Notes: generated by a model from the sequence alone, not told the origin. 51,901 nucleotides of DNA from Eubacteriales bacterium (GCA_045614625.1 JAZLDE010000053.1:1-51901), one strand, 5' to 3'. Numbered from the stretch's first letter, positions 19,014 through 29,020 are shown. Numbers and translations are program-made.

Positions 19014-20345
19014 CTAATAGTGATATTTTTTTTGCAAAGCCAAAAGAAAAATAGCGGTAGCAACAGCAGCCATCAGCTCTGCAACAACAATCGAAACCCA
19101 GATGCCATCGATGCCGCCCAAAAGGATCGGCAAAATAATAACAGCAGTAATCTGGAAGACCATAGTACGCAAAAACGAGATAATTGCAGACACAAGACCA
19201 TTGTTAAGCGCGGTGAAAAAAGATGAACCAAAAATGGCAATCCCCGCAAACAGAAAAGAAAAGGAATAGATGAAAAATCCGCGTACTGTCATCGCAAGCA
19301 AATCAGCATCATAACCTACGAACATCTTTGATAGTGGAAGAGCCAAAAGAATAGACAATCCCACCATTCCCAATGAGCAGACACCGATGATAACAAGGCT
19401 TTTCTTTCGAATACTTTTCAATTCATCTTGATTTTGTGCCCCATAATGATATCCGACAACGGGCGCAGTTCCAATAACATAACCAATGAATATAGCCAAA
19501 AAGATCAAATTAACATACATTAATACGCCGTAGGCAGCTACACCGTCTTCACCAGCGTATTTGTAGAGCTGAACATTATACAGCATACCGACCAGCGACA
19601 TGGAGATGTTACTCATCAGCTCAGACGAGCCGTTGGCGAAGGTGCGAAGAAGAGCTTTTACATCCATATGAGTCTTTCCTAATCGTAAAAGGCTATCGTT
19701 AGGAAGTAAAAAATAAGCGACGGGAATGACCGCACCGACCAGCTGACTGATAGCGGTAGCAGATGCTGCGCCGACCAGCCCCAAAGGGAACAGCCATACC
19801 AACAAAGCATCCAAAACCATGTTGGTCACGCCGGATGCCACCGTAGTGATCAAACCAAGCTGAGGCTTTTCTGCCGCAACAAAAAAGCTTTGAAATTCCA
19901 TTTGCAGCACAAACGCGGGGATCGCAAGCAGTATAATACGGCCATAGAGGATACTGTCCTCCAGCATTTGACCTTCAGCGCCAAGTAAAATGGCAATTGG
20001 TCGAATAAAAATGATTCCTGATATCGCAATAATAACACCACAAATAAATGATACGTAGACAAAGAGGGAAAACAGACGATTTGCCTTTTCACAATCGCCC
20101 TCGCCCATGGTTTTAGAGATGAGCGCACTGCCACCCGTACCAAACATAAATCCAATCGTTCCCAGAATCATCAAAAAGGGCATGATAAAGTTTACGGCGG
20201 CAAAAGGGGTTTTTCCTACGAAATTAGATACGAAAAAGCCATCAACCACACCGTAGATGGACGTAAAAATCATCATGACGATGGAAGGTAAAGTGAAGCG
20301 AATCAGCCTGCGGTAGGAAAAGTGATCGGAAAGCCGGATAGGCAT
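19014..20345 (-). CDS. MATE family efflux transporter
   Basis: FTLPSIVMMIFTSIYGVVDGFFVSNFVG, about 12 TM helices, two MatE repeats. Start MPIRLSDH. Confidence 0.92.
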   Translation of the reverse strand: MPIRLSDHFSYRRLIRFTLPSIVMMIFTSIYGVVDGFFVSNFVGKTPFAAVNFIMPFLMILGTIGFMFGTGGSALISKTMGEGDCEKANRLFSLFVYVSFICGVIIAISGIIFIRPIAILLGAEGQMLEDSILYGRIILLAIPAFVLQMEFQSFFVAAEKPQLGLITTVASGVTNMVLDALLVWLFPLGLVGAASATAISQLVGAVIPVAYFLLPNDSLLRLGKTHMDVKALLRTFANGSSELMSNISMSLVGMLYNVQLYKYAGEDGVAAYGVLMYVNLIFLAIFIGYVIGTAPVVGYHYGAQNQDELKSIRKKSLVIIGVCSLGMVGLSILLALPLSKMFVGYDADLLAMTVRGFFIYSFSFLFAGIAIFGSSFFTALNNGLVSAIISFLRTMVFQITAVIILPILLGGIDGIWVSIVVAELMAAVATAIFLLALQKKYHY

Positions 20346-20346
20346 A

Positions 20347-20967
20347 TCAGTTCTCCCTATTGAAATATCGCGTGGCAAAATCCGCAATCACGGGAGTCAA
20401 CTCCTTGATATTCCAATCCGTTGTGTTCACAATGAGATGGTAGTTTTCGCGAGCACCCCAACGGCTATCCGAGATCATGTCGCGCGTTTTTGCACGTGCG
20501 CGGTCAATGCTACGCGCGTTGCGTTCGATTTCCTTGTAAGAAAGGTTCTCTCCGTTTTCGGCACGCTCATGGCAACGACGGATCTTGGCATCCATATCAG
20601 CGCAAACAAAAATATTGAGCGGATGCTCGTCGCGCAAAAGAATATCCGCATTGCGCCCAACGATCACACAATCCTTACCAAGTCGGGCGATGCTTTCCAA
20701 TACGCGTCTTTCCTCCAAGAGTAGCGTGGTCTGCGCCGTTCGCAGCATATTGGCGCCTGAAAAAGAATGGTGAAAGGTCAGAGGAATCATTTGCCATACC
20801 TGCTGTTCCAGTGCCTTCTCTACGTAGGTCTCATCCAACTGCTGTTTTTCCGCGATCGCAGTGATGATCTCACGGTCATAATAGTCAAATCCAAGCGCGT
20901 CAGCCAGACGTTTACCAAGCTCGCGGCCGCCGCTACCAAATTCACGGCTAATGGTGATGATTTTCAT
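20347..20967 (-). CDS. cytidylate kinase-like family protein
   Basis: IITISREFGSGGRELG, CVIVGRNAD, YHLIVNT. Confidence 0.88.
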   Translation of the reverse strand: MKIITISREFGSGGRELGKRLADALGFDYYDREIITAIAEKQQLDETYVEKALEQQVWQMIPLTFHHSFSGANMLRTAQTTLLLEERRVLESIARLGKDCVIVGRNADILLRDEHPLNIFVCADMDAKIRRCHERAENGENLSYKEIERNARSIDRARAKTRDMISDSRWGARENYHLIVNTTDWNIKELTPVIADFATRYFNREN

Positions 20968-20998
20968 ATCGCTTTCCTTTCTAAAACTCTGAATAGTC

Positions 20999-21026
20999 AA
21001 AAACCACCCAAATGGGTGGTTTTTTT
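20999..21026 (-). terminator. terminator downstream of tRNA-Ile2
   Basis: AAAAACCACCC-aaat-GGGTGGTTTTT. Confidence 0.7.
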
Positions 21027-21041
21027 CGGATAATACTTGAA

Positions 21042-21118
21042 TGGTGGGCCATCAGGGGCTCGAACCCCGGACCGACCGGTTATGAGCCGGTGGCTCTAAC
21101 CAACTGAGCTAATGGCCC
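21042..21118 (-). tRNA. tRNA with CAT anticodon, most likely tRNA-Ile2 (lysidine-modified)
   Basis: GGGCCATTAGCTCAGTTGGTTAGAGC..CCGGCT-CAT-AACCGG..GGTTCGAGCCC..CCACCA, 77 nt. It has a paired G1-C72 and lacks the initiator GGG/CCC anticodon stem. Confidence 0.9.
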
Positions 21119-21149
21119 GAAATGCGTTTGTAAAACACAACGCCCTAAT

Positions 21150-21178
21150 ATTATACAAAGAATATACCAAAAAGTCAA
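21150..21178 (-). promoter_or_regulatory. sigmaA promoter of tRNA-Ile2
   Basis: TTGACT-17bp-TATAAT. Confidence 0.7.
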
Positions 21179-21292
21179 TACCCGTAAAAAATATTTTTCG
21201 ATACTTCGGGGAATTCCGCTCGTCACTTGATTTTTGACCGAATGTATGATATGATATCAAAAAGTAGAAATTTGCAGAAAGGAGGACATTTT

Positions 21293-23677
21293 ATGCAGAT
21301 CGCTAAAGGCAGACCGTTGGCTGTGTTTTGTTGGATCCTCGTTATTGTTGCAGCGCTCTATATTTGCCTTGATCTTGCAACCGACACGCTTACGATTGCT
21401 TTATTGCTATCCATAGTAACCCTTCTATCTCTTTTTCTGTTTAGCTTTGTCTCCGCTCGCGCCAAATACGCACTGCGATATCTTGCCTTTCTGTCGCTTG
21501 CTCTTGTGCTTGGTTTTTCAAGCGCACTTCTCAGAGAAAATTACGATATTTTGCCCGCCGAGCAATATGCAACACAAACAGAGGACGGCACTGCCGAAAT
21601 TTCGGGGATGGTCGTAGCCGAGGAATTTTACAGCTCGTATTTGACCTGCGTTGGTGTCAAGCTTGATCTGCCTGATGGCAATACAACGATGCTGTATCTC
21701 AATCTTACGGGCGAACACGATATGCGCACGGGAGATCGGTTCACTGCTCGCGCGACCTTGTATCCAATCTTACAAGCACCTGAGGAAGACCGAACGATAC
21801 GGCAGCTGCTGGCAGATGGTTACGTCTTGGTTGGATACGTCGAAAGCACAAAGGACTGCGAAACGATCGAACGCGATATTTTTGTTCTTCGGCAATGGCT
21901 TAGCCGATTGCAATATCGTCTGTCTGATCGGTTGAGTGGGGCGGTTGGTGGCGAGCAGGGAAGGCTCGCTTCCGCATTGCTGCTCGGCACAAGAGATCAT
22001 TTATCCGATACCACAACGTTAGATTTTCGACGCGCAGGTGCGTCGCATCTGCTTGCGCTTAGTGGCTTACATCTATCGCTTATTATGTTAGCCCTGACAG
22101 CTCTGCTCAACACACTCCGTTGTCCGTTCTACATGCGCATAACGCTGCTTTCATTGACTGCTTTGGCCTTTCTTGCGCTGACGGGATTCAGTGTGTCCAT
22201 GTTCCGTGCTACCTTTATGCTGTTATGTCTATATTTGTCTCGTTTGCGCGGCACGCCTCACGATCCTCTAACACCGCTTTCTGTCTTTCTCGGCGCAACG
22301 CTGACCATACAGCCAACAGCCGTTTACGATGCGGGACTCTGGCTGACGGTTCTTGCCACGTTCGCCTTAATCGTTGTAATTCCCTCACTATTTGGCTATA
22401 AAAAGATGGCACCCTCATCACGCATACCGTTGCCTGTTCAATGGATATGGCATAAGTTGCTTGTTCCCGTATTGTCCTCACTCGTTATTTTACTTGTTTT
22501 GATTGTTCCGATGGCATTGATCTTTGGCGAAGTATCCATTATGTCACCGCTCGCCAATTTGCTCCTGACACCGCTGACCGCGCTTGCATTGATATTGGGA
22601 CTTGTTTATGTTCCATTATCGTATATCGGTACTTTTTTACCGTTTTTGAAATTTCTTGCGGGATGGGTTGCGCGCCTTCTCTACGGTGTCACCAACGGGA
22701 TGATCATACTGACACAAAAAATGAGCGATGTTTCGGGCGCGCTCATATCCTTGCGATATGAATTTGTAGGAGTCCTCCTTGTCCTCCTCGTATGTGCCTT
22801 ACTATGGTTTCTTCTTCCCAAATGGAAAAAGCCACATCGATTTCTCTACGTTATGGCAGCGTGGGGTGCTGTTTTCATCGTTTGCTTGACGGCAACGAAA
22901 AGCATGACGGCAGGGCAGTGGCAAGCAACTTACATCTCTAACAAGAAGAACGAGCTGCTTTGTCTATCCGATAACGAGACAACGGTGCTGTGTGATGTAA
23001 CAGACGGTAGCTATACCACGTATCGGGATTTTCTCACAGAAGGTAAGCCCGACGGAACCACCGAAATTGATGCGCTCGTTTTGACACATTATCATAACCG
23101 TCACATTTCGACCGTCTATAAGTTATTGGGAGACATTCGTGTGCGGACGATCTGGCTGCCATTAACAATGACGAGCACCGACGAAGATAAAGCCATTAAG
23201 GATGAGGGTAATCTACGTGCGATCGTTGCGTTGGCCAAGCAACGTCGCGTTGAAATTTGCTACTACTTGCCCGAAGAGGGAGCCGAGATTTGCGATACAC
23301 TGGTGCTGGATCGATTATATTTTTCTATGCTAAAACGTTCCACGCACCCGACGGTTTCTTTTTCCTTTGAATATCGTTCTAATCCGCAACAAGAGGGAAA
23401 GCAACTGACATGGCTGGGAGCATCCGCTTGGGAAAGTGAGCTTTCGGATGACCTCTTGCGAGCTGCTACGGCAAGCGATGCAATTATTATTTCCAAACAC
23501 GGTCCTATTATTAAAACATCGTACTCGCTGATCGATTGGTCCAATATTCCCGACTTTATCCTGTTCGCAGACGGTAATGCGGCAGCAGCGATCGAGGCTT
23601 CCAAAGAAATGGGAATCGTATTGGATCGTTCTGAAATTATGTTTGGCGGACAATATACCCAAATGACCCTGCCTTGA
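21293..23677 (+). CDS. comEC: ComEC/Rec2 family competence protein
   Basis: OB-like region, AGASHLLALSGLHL, FRATFM, SPLANLL, C-terminal metallo-beta-lactamase-like domain. Confidence 0.88.
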   Translation: MQIAKGRPLAVFCWILVIVAALYICLDLATDTLTIALLLSIVTLLSLFLFSFVSARAKYALRYLAFLSLALVLGFSSALLRENYDILPAEQYATQTEDGTAEISGMVVAEEFYSSYLTCVGVKLDLPDGNTTMLYLNLTGEHDMRTGDRFTARATLYPILQAPEEDRTIRQLLADGYVLVGYVESTKDCETIERDIFVLRQWLSRLQYRLSDRLSGAVGGEQGRLASALLLGTRDHLSDTTTLDFRRAGASHLLALSGLHLSLIMLALTALLNTLRCPFYMRITLLSLTALAFLALTGFSVSMFRATFMLLCLYLSRLRGTPHDPLTPLSVFLGATLTIQPTAVYDAGLWLTVLATFALIVVIPSLFGYKKMAPSSRIPLPVQWIWHKLLVPVLSSLVILLVLIVPMALIFGEVSIMSPLANLLLTPLTALALILGLVYVPLSYIGTFLPFLKFLAGWVARLLYGVTNGMIILTQKMSDVSGALISLRYEFVGVLLVLLVCALLWFLLPKWKKPHRFLYVMAAWGAVFIVCLTATKSMTAGQWQATYISNKKNELLCLSDNETTVLCDVTDGSYTTYRDFLTEGKPDGTTEIDALVLTHYHNRHISTVYKLLGDIRVRTIWLPLTMTSTDEDKAIKDEGNLRAIVALAKQRRVEICYYLPEEGAEICDTLVLDRLYFSMLKRSTHPTVSFSFEYRSNPQQEGKQLTWLGASAWESELSDDLLRAATASDAIIISKHGPIIKTSYSLIDWSNIPDFILFADGNAAAAIEASKEMGIVLDRSEIMFGGQYTQMTLP

Positions 23678-23693
23678 CGGTAGGGTCTTTTTT
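23665..23693 (+). terminator. intrinsic terminator
   Basis: GACCCTGCC-ttgac-GGTAGGGTC-TTTTT. Confidence 0.7.
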
Positions 23694-23714
23694 AGGAAAT
23701 ATATTTATTTCCTA

Positions 23715-23743
23715 TTGACAAACGCGTATAGAAGGAGTATAAT
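23715..23743 (+). promoter_or_regulatory. sigmaA promoter
   Basis: Perfect TTGACA-17bp-TATAAT. Confidence 0.8.
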
Positions 23744-23765
23744 ACAATCACATCAAAAACCGCAT

Positions 23766-23856
23766 AAAAACAGGGGTGCTGAACATTCGGCTGAGATAAG
23801 GCGCAGGCCTTGAACCCTTAACCTGATACGGATAATGCCGGCGTAGGGAGATTTTT
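23766..23856 (+). ncRNA. TPP riboswitch
   Basis: GGGGTGCT..GGCTGAGA..ACCC..ACCTGAT.CGGATAATGCCGGCGTAGGGA, upstream of thiT. Confidence 0.95.
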
Positions 23857-23941
23857 AAGTGTACTCATCCCAAAGATGAGAAACAACCAAGGAATTTGCC
23901 GCACGGAGTTTTCGTGCGGTTTAATTTTTTGGAGGTAGAAT

Positions 23942-24610
23942 ATGAAACTCACACTCAAAGTCAGACGTCTGACCGAGTCGGGCATGATGATTGCTCTGGC
24001 AACCGCCATTTCCTTCGTTTGCTCGCTCATCCCCGTGCCGCCCTTCAATTTCCCGTTTGGCGGCGGTATTACCATCGCTGGTATGCTTCCCATCATCCTC
24101 ATCGCGTACCTTTACGGCACACGCTGGGGCTTGCTGACGGGCTTCGTTTACTCGCTTGTCCAAATGCTACTGGGGCATTCCACCGTGTCCTCTCTCTTTC
24201 TTCCCGTTGAGGAGGGTGGCATGCAGCTGGGCGCAGCACTCCTGATCTGCGCGATCGACTATGTGATCGCCTATACCGTACTGGGACTTGGTGGCATCTT
24301 CCGAAAGCGTTTGTCACCCGTAAAGGCCCTGGTGTTGGGTAGTGTCCTTGCGCTGGCATTGCGATATCTCTGCCACATTATTTCCGGCACTATTTTCTAC
24401 GGCGCTTGGGCAGAATGGTTCTTTACACTTGACGGTATCTACGAATCGATTGGAAAGGGAATTCTTGAGAACGTCAAGGGCGGCTCACTTTCACTGTTGT
24501 ATTCCATCATTTATAATGGATGCTACATGATCCCTGAAATGATCATCACCCCTGCTGTCGCTGCCGTTATCTGGCGTATTCCGATACTGAAAAATAGAAC
24601 ATTGGCATAA
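23942..24610 (+). CDS. thiT: ECF S-component thiamine transporter ThiT
   Basis: LTESGMMIALA, GGGITI..MLPI, DYVIAY, HIISG..F, YSIIYNG. TPP riboswitch upstream. Confidence 0.9.
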   Translation: MKLTLKVRRLTESGMMIALATAISFVCSLIPVPPFNFPFGGGITIAGMLPIILIAYLYGTRWGLLTGFVYSLVQMLLGHSTVSSLFLPVEEGGMQLGAALLICAIDYVIAYTVLGLGGIFRKRLSPVKALVLGSVLALALRYLCHIISGTIFYGAWAEWFFTLDGIYESIGKGILENVKGGSLSLLYSIIYNGCYMIPEMIITPAVAAVIWRIPILKNRTLA

Positions 24611-24615
24611 AGTTT

Positions 24616-24656
24616 TAGCTTCCCGTAAGCGACGTCGCTTGCGGGAAGCTTTTTTG
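24616..24656 (+). terminator. intrinsic terminator
   Basis: AGCTTCCCGTAAGCGA..TCGCTTGCGGGAAGCT-TTTTT. Confidence 0.8.
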
Positions 24657-24811
24657 TTTGTATATCTTGCCGAGGTATTTTTCTATATTACACAATGCTT
24701 CTTTTGTGATTTGTGCATGTTGCTTTTGTGAAGTTGACCGACGAAAAAAGCATAATTTGAATGATTTTGTAAAAAATGTTTCCTTTGCGAGCATTTTTTA
24801 CAAAAAAACAT

Positions 24812-24840
24812 TTGACAAATTGGGTAAAATGTTGTATAAT
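24812..24840 (+). promoter_or_regulatory. sigmaA promoter
   Basis: Perfect TTGACA-17bp-TATAAT. Confidence 0.75.
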
Positions 24841-24922
24841 CAGTTTTGTCAAAAGTCAAAATGGCAAAAAACAATGCTATCGACCCTATTTTATGTCATC
24901 AATCGCGGAAGGAGTGAACACA

Positions 24923-25678
24923 TTGCCGCGCTTTTTTGTTGCAAAAAATCAAATATGCGACGGTTTAGTGCGTATTGTCGGAGAAGACGCTCATCACATC
25001 GCTCGCTCGCTCCGCATGGCCGCCGGTCAACACATCACCGTGTGCGATATGCAGAAAACGGAATATGATTGCGAACTGCTTCATTTCGAGGATGACCGCA
25101 TCGTGACCGCTCGTATCGTAGGCGAATCTCCCATGAAGACTGAGCCGCCCGTGGCTATCACGCTATATCAAGCACTTCCTAAAGGGGATAAGTTTGATAC
25201 CATCATTCAAAAAGCAGTTGAATGTGGTGCTTCGCATATCGTTCCATTTGAGAGCACCAACTGCGTTGTCCGCGTCAAGCAAGATGCAGAGGTACGCAAA
25301 ACCGAACGGCGTAATCGCATTGCGACTGAAGCCGCCAAACAATGTGGCCGCGGTATGCTGCCCGAGGTAACGGAAACCGTTTCATTCACGCAAATGGTAT
25401 CGCTTGCATCGCAGGCAGACCTTGTGCTGTTTTGCTATGAGGGAGAGGGAACTGTTCCACTGAAAACGCTGTTGCGCGGTCGGCTTGCTGAGTTGCCGCA
25501 CGACCGTATTCCTCAAATTGCCGTTGTTATTGGAAGTGAAGGTGGATTTTCACCATCCGAAGCAAAAGTAGCACAAGAAGCAGATTTTTGCCTGACGGGA
25601 CTGGGGGCTCGCATCCTTCGTACAGAGACCGCATCCTGCTTTGTTTTGAGTTCGCTTGTGTATGAATTTGAGCTTTAG
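24923..25678 (+). CDS. rsmE: 16S rRNA m3U1498 methyltransferase
   Basis: TTG start (MPRFFV) after GGAG; HHIARSLR, IQKAVECG, EAAKQCGR, IGSEGGFS, LGARILRTETA. Confidence 0.93.
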   Translation: MPRFFVAKNQICDGLVRIVGEDAHHIARSLRMAAGQHITVCDMQKTEYDCELLHFEDDRIVTARIVGESPMKTEPPVAITLYQALPKGDKFDTIIQKAVECGASHIVPFESTNCVVRVKQDAEVRKTERRNRIATEAAKQCGRGMLPEVTETVSFTQMVSLASQADLVLFCYEGEGTVPLKTLLRGRLAELPHDRIPQIAVVIGSEGGFSPSEAKVAQEADFCLTGLGARILRTETASCFVLSSLVYEFEL

Positions 25679-25755
25679 GGCAATATGCACATAGTAAAAC
25701 ATATAAAATTACCAAAATAAATCGAGGAAATTTATAAAAAAAATCAAAAACCCTA

Positions 25756-25784
25756 TTGAAAAATCACAAAAAATGGTGTACAAT
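25756..25784 (+). promoter_or_regulatory. sigmaA promoter
   Basis: TTGAAA-17bp-TACAAT. Confidence 0.55.
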
Positions 25785-25840
25785 ATAGGGTAGTATATAC
25801 AAATTCATTCCAAATACAAGTGCATCAGGAGAGAAAAATT

Positions 25841-26926
25841 ATGTCTAACAGATTGTTCCAAGGCGTCATTCATCAGATGAAAGATGCAGTAGACCGTGTC
25901 ATCGGTATTATTGATGAGAACGGTGTGATCATCTCGTGCTCCGAGCTGGTCAAGATCGGTGAGATCCGCCAGGGCGTTCGCGACGAGCTGGCATACACCA
26001 CCGACGTTGTTGTCAATAATGGCTACACGTACCGTCCCATCGGCGGAAACGTAAAGCCCGAGTACATCGTATTCGTAGAAGGCGAAGATAAGACGGCTGA
26101 CAAAACGTCCAAGCTGCTTGCTATCTCGCTGAGCAACATTAAGAACCTTTACGATGAAAAGTATGACAAGGGGTCGTTCATTAAGAATATCATTCTTGAT
26201 AACATTCTCCCCAGCGACATTTACATCAAGAGCAAGGAACTGCACTTTAACACCGAAGAGCTTCGCATCGTATTTTTGATCAAGTTCTTTGGCAAAACGG
26301 ATATGATGCCGTTTGAGATGCTGCAGAATATGTTCCCGGACAAGTCCCGTGATTACGTCATCAGCGCAGGCGAGCGAGATATCGTTCTCGTTAAGGATAT
26401 CAAGCCCGGCACCGACGCCAAGGAAATTGAAAAGATCGCAACCAACATTGCAGACACCCTGAGCACTGAATTCTATACTAAGGTTTCGATCGGTATTTCT
26501 ACTGTCGTTGATAACATCAAAGATCTGGCACGCGCCTACAAGGAAGCCCAGATTGCACTGGAAGTCGGCAAGGTATTTGAAACCGAAAAGAACATCATCA
26601 ATTATGAAAACCTGGGCATCGGCCGTCTCATCTATCAGCTGCCCACCACCCTTTGCGAGATGTTCCTGCAGGAGGTTTTTAAGAAGGGTAGTTTGGAGTC
26701 GCTTGACCGCGAAACGCTCATGACCATCCAGTGCTTCTTCGAAAACAACCTTAACGTTTCCGAAACCTCGCGTAAGCTGTTCGTTCACCGCAATACGCTG
26801 GTCTACCGTCTGGAAAAGATCCGCAAGCTGACCGGTCTTGATCTGCGCGAGTTTGAGCATGCAATCACCTTCAAGGTTGCGCTTATGGTTAAGAAATATC
26901 TGGATTCCAAGACCTCTAAATTCTGA
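25841..26926 (+). CDS. CdaR/PucR family transcriptional regulator
   Basis: C-terminal HTH NLNVSETSRKLFVHRNTLVYRLEKI and N-terminal sugar-diacid-recognition-like domain. Confidence 0.9.
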   Translation: MSNRLFQGVIHQMKDAVDRVIGIIDENGVIISCSELVKIGEIRQGVRDELAYTTDVVVNNGYTYRPIGGNVKPEYIVFVEGEDKTADKTSKLLAISLSNIKNLYDEKYDKGSFIKNIILDNILPSDIYIKSKELHFNTEELRIVFLIKFFGKTDMMPFEMLQNMFPDKSRDYVISAGERDIVLVKDIKPGTDAKEIEKIATNIADTLSTEFYTKVSIGISTVVDNIKDLARAYKEAQIALEVGKVFETEKNIINYENLGIGRLIYQLPTTLCEMFLQEVFKKGSLESLDRETLMTIQCFFENNLNVSETSRKLFVHRNTLVYRLEKIRKLTGLDLREFEHAITFKVALMVKKYLDSKTSKF

Positions 26927-27068
26927 TGTCTGACAGCGGTTTTTCCGACCGTAAAAATAGCATTCACCGGCGCATCGACGGCTTTGTCCGTCGTCGCCGG
27001 TTGATTGCCGTACGCCGGACCGTGCTGCAAGTTCAGTTTTAGAATCCAATATTGTTTGAGGAATAACC

Positions 27069-28409
27069 ATGCATAATAAACTATTTATAAGTAAATTTTT
27101 ATCGTTACTGTTAGCGATTGCAATTTGCTTTTCGCTGACGTCCTGCTTCAGCTTCTACCCGCCGTTACCGGATAATGATAATGACATTAACGACATTCCC
27201 CCTTTCAGCGACGAGCAGGAAGAAACCACATTTCCGGAGCTGGATCTGATCCATTCCATCTTTGAACAGCTTTCCGTCTACGATCTCGACAGAGAAGCGC
27301 TGATGGTTGCCGTTCTCAAGGCTTATGCAGAGGCCACCGGAGATCTGTACGCCGCTTATTATACCAAAGAAGAGCTGGACGCCCTCACCTCAGAGAATCA
27401 AGGTGAGATGGAAGGCATTGGCGTCAGTGTTGTCAACGACCAGATCGAATATAACGGTTTTTCTTATTCCGTCTTGTCCATTATCAGTGTGTTCAACGGC
27501 TCTCCCGCACTTGAAGCCGGATTGCGCATTGGCGACTGTGTCTATGCTGTTGTTGATGAAAAGGGAGAAACACACACCGTTCAGGAATTGGGCTACGATG
27601 CCGCTATTTCCTGTGTGCGTGGAGTTGCAGGCAGCAAGGCAAAATTCACGGTTCTTCGCCCGACCTCAGGTGGAGGCTATGAAGCGGTTTCTTTTGAAAT
27701 CGAGCGCAGAAAGATTACCACTGAATCGGTGACCGGTCGTGTTTATCAAGCAGATCCTACCATCGGTATCGTCAAGATTGCACAGTTTGACTTGACGACG
27801 CCCCCCCAATTCAGCAGTGTTATGGACTCTTTGATAGCACAGGGCTGCACGAAGTTTATCTTTGACGTTCGCTACAATCCCGGTGGAGATCTCAAATCCA
27901 TCGAAGCTGTACTCAGCACTTTCCTACAGGTTGGTGATCCAATGATCTCAACCGTATATAAGGACGGTTCGGGTGAAACAGACAAGGTCAAGGTCGTTAG
28001 CAATTTGACCGGCGGCTATGAGACCTGCAACGTATCCAAAAAAGATATTGGAAAATATCGCAACTATAAATTTGCGGTCTTGACCAATGAATACACGGCA
28101 AGTGCCGCCGAGCTCTTTACTTCCAATTTGAGAGATTACGACTTGGCTACGCTTGTTGGCGTGACCACCTATGGTAAGGGCTGCATGCAGTCCATGTACG
28201 ATCTGTCTTATTTCGGCATGGAAGGCGCGCTCAAACTGACAACGGCTTGGTATCTGCCTCCCAGCGGTGAGAACTATCACGATATAGGCATCGCCCCTGA
28301 CATTTTTGTCGAAATGGACGAAGCGTTGATCGAAGAATACGGAAACATCTATTTGATTCCCGACGAGAAAGATCCGCAGCTGTTGGCCGCGGTTGATGCA
28401 TTGAAGTGA
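27069..28409 (+). CDS. S41 family C-terminal processing peptidase (lipoprotein, PDZ)
   Basis: Lipobox LTSC, GIGV PDZ, DVRYNPGG, TASAAELF, TYGKG. Confidence 0.92.
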   Translation: MHNKLFISKFLSLLLAIAICFSLTSCFSFYPPLPDNDNDINDIPPFSDEQEETTFPELDLIHSIFEQLSVYDLDREALMVAVLKAYAEATGDLYAAYYTKEELDALTSENQGEMEGIGVSVVNDQIEYNGFSYSVLSIISVFNGSPALEAGLRIGDCVYAVVDEKGETHTVQELGYDAAISCVRGVAGSKAKFTVLRPTSGGGYEAVSFEIERRKITTESVTGRVYQADPTIGIVKIAQFDLTTPPQFSSVMDSLIAQGCTKFIFDVRYNPGGDLKSIEAVLSTFLQVGDPMISTVYKDGSGETDKVKVVSNLTGGYETCNVSKKDIGKYRNYKFAVLTNEYTASAAELFTSNLRDYDLATLVGVTTYGKGCMQSMYDLSYFGMEGALKLTTAWYLPPSGENYHDIGIAPDIFVEMDEALIEEYGNIYLIPDEKDPQLLAAVDALK

Positions 28410-28461
28410 TTTGATGCGCATACAAATTATAATCAGACTATAAAACACGAGGAGAATTATC

Positions 28462-28944
28462 ATGGCAAAGAAGCAAATGCTCTATACCCCCGACGGCTAT
28501 CAGGCGCTGGTCGAGGAACTGAATTATCTGAAGACTGTCCGCCGCGAGGAGATTAAGAACGATATCGCAGTCGCACGTTCCTTCGGTGACTTGTCCGAGA
28601 ACGCTGAGTACGATGAAGCAAGAAACGAGCAAGCGAAGACCGAAGCTCGTATCAAGGAACTGGAAGATCTGATCGAGAACGCCGTTATCGTTGATGAAAA
28701 TGAGATCGATACCTCCGTTGTTAGTTTGGGCTCTGTTGTTCGCGTTCGCGACGAAAGCGACGGTGAAGAGTTTGAGTATTCTCTGGTTGGCTCTAATGAA
28801 GCAAATCCTCTGCTGGGCAAAATTTCTGACCAGTCTCCGATCGGTAAGAGCCTGATGGGTACGCGCGAGGGTGCCGTTCTTCATATTGAAGCTCCCGTAG
28901 GAACCATCACGCTGACCGTTTTGAGCGTTAGCCGTTCTAAATAA
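28462..28944 (+). CDS. greA: transcription elongation factor GreA
   Basis: ARSFGDLSENAEYDEA, ISDQSPIGKSL. Confidence 0.97.
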   Translation: MAKKQMLYTPDGYQALVEELNYLKTVRREEIKNDIAVARSFGDLSENAEYDEARNEQAKTEARIKELEDLIENAVIVDENEIDTSVVSLGSVVRVRDESDGEEFEYSLVGSNEANPLLGKISDQSPIGKSLMGTREGAVLHIEAPVGTITLTVLSVSRSK

Positions 28945-29020
28945 GATAGAAGGCGAAGTACAATTGCGATGGTTTTGACTCGCTACTGTACTTCGCCTTA
29001 TTCTATAAAGGAGATTTATT

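Noticed and set aside
18880-21118. Integrative island at tRNA-Ile2
   Set aside because: No integrase and no duplicated tRNA 3' end seen
21042-21118. tRNA-Met or initiator tRNA
   Set aside because: It lacks the C1:A72 mismatch and the three G-C anticodon-stem pairs, and the sequence follows the Firmicutes Ile2 pattern
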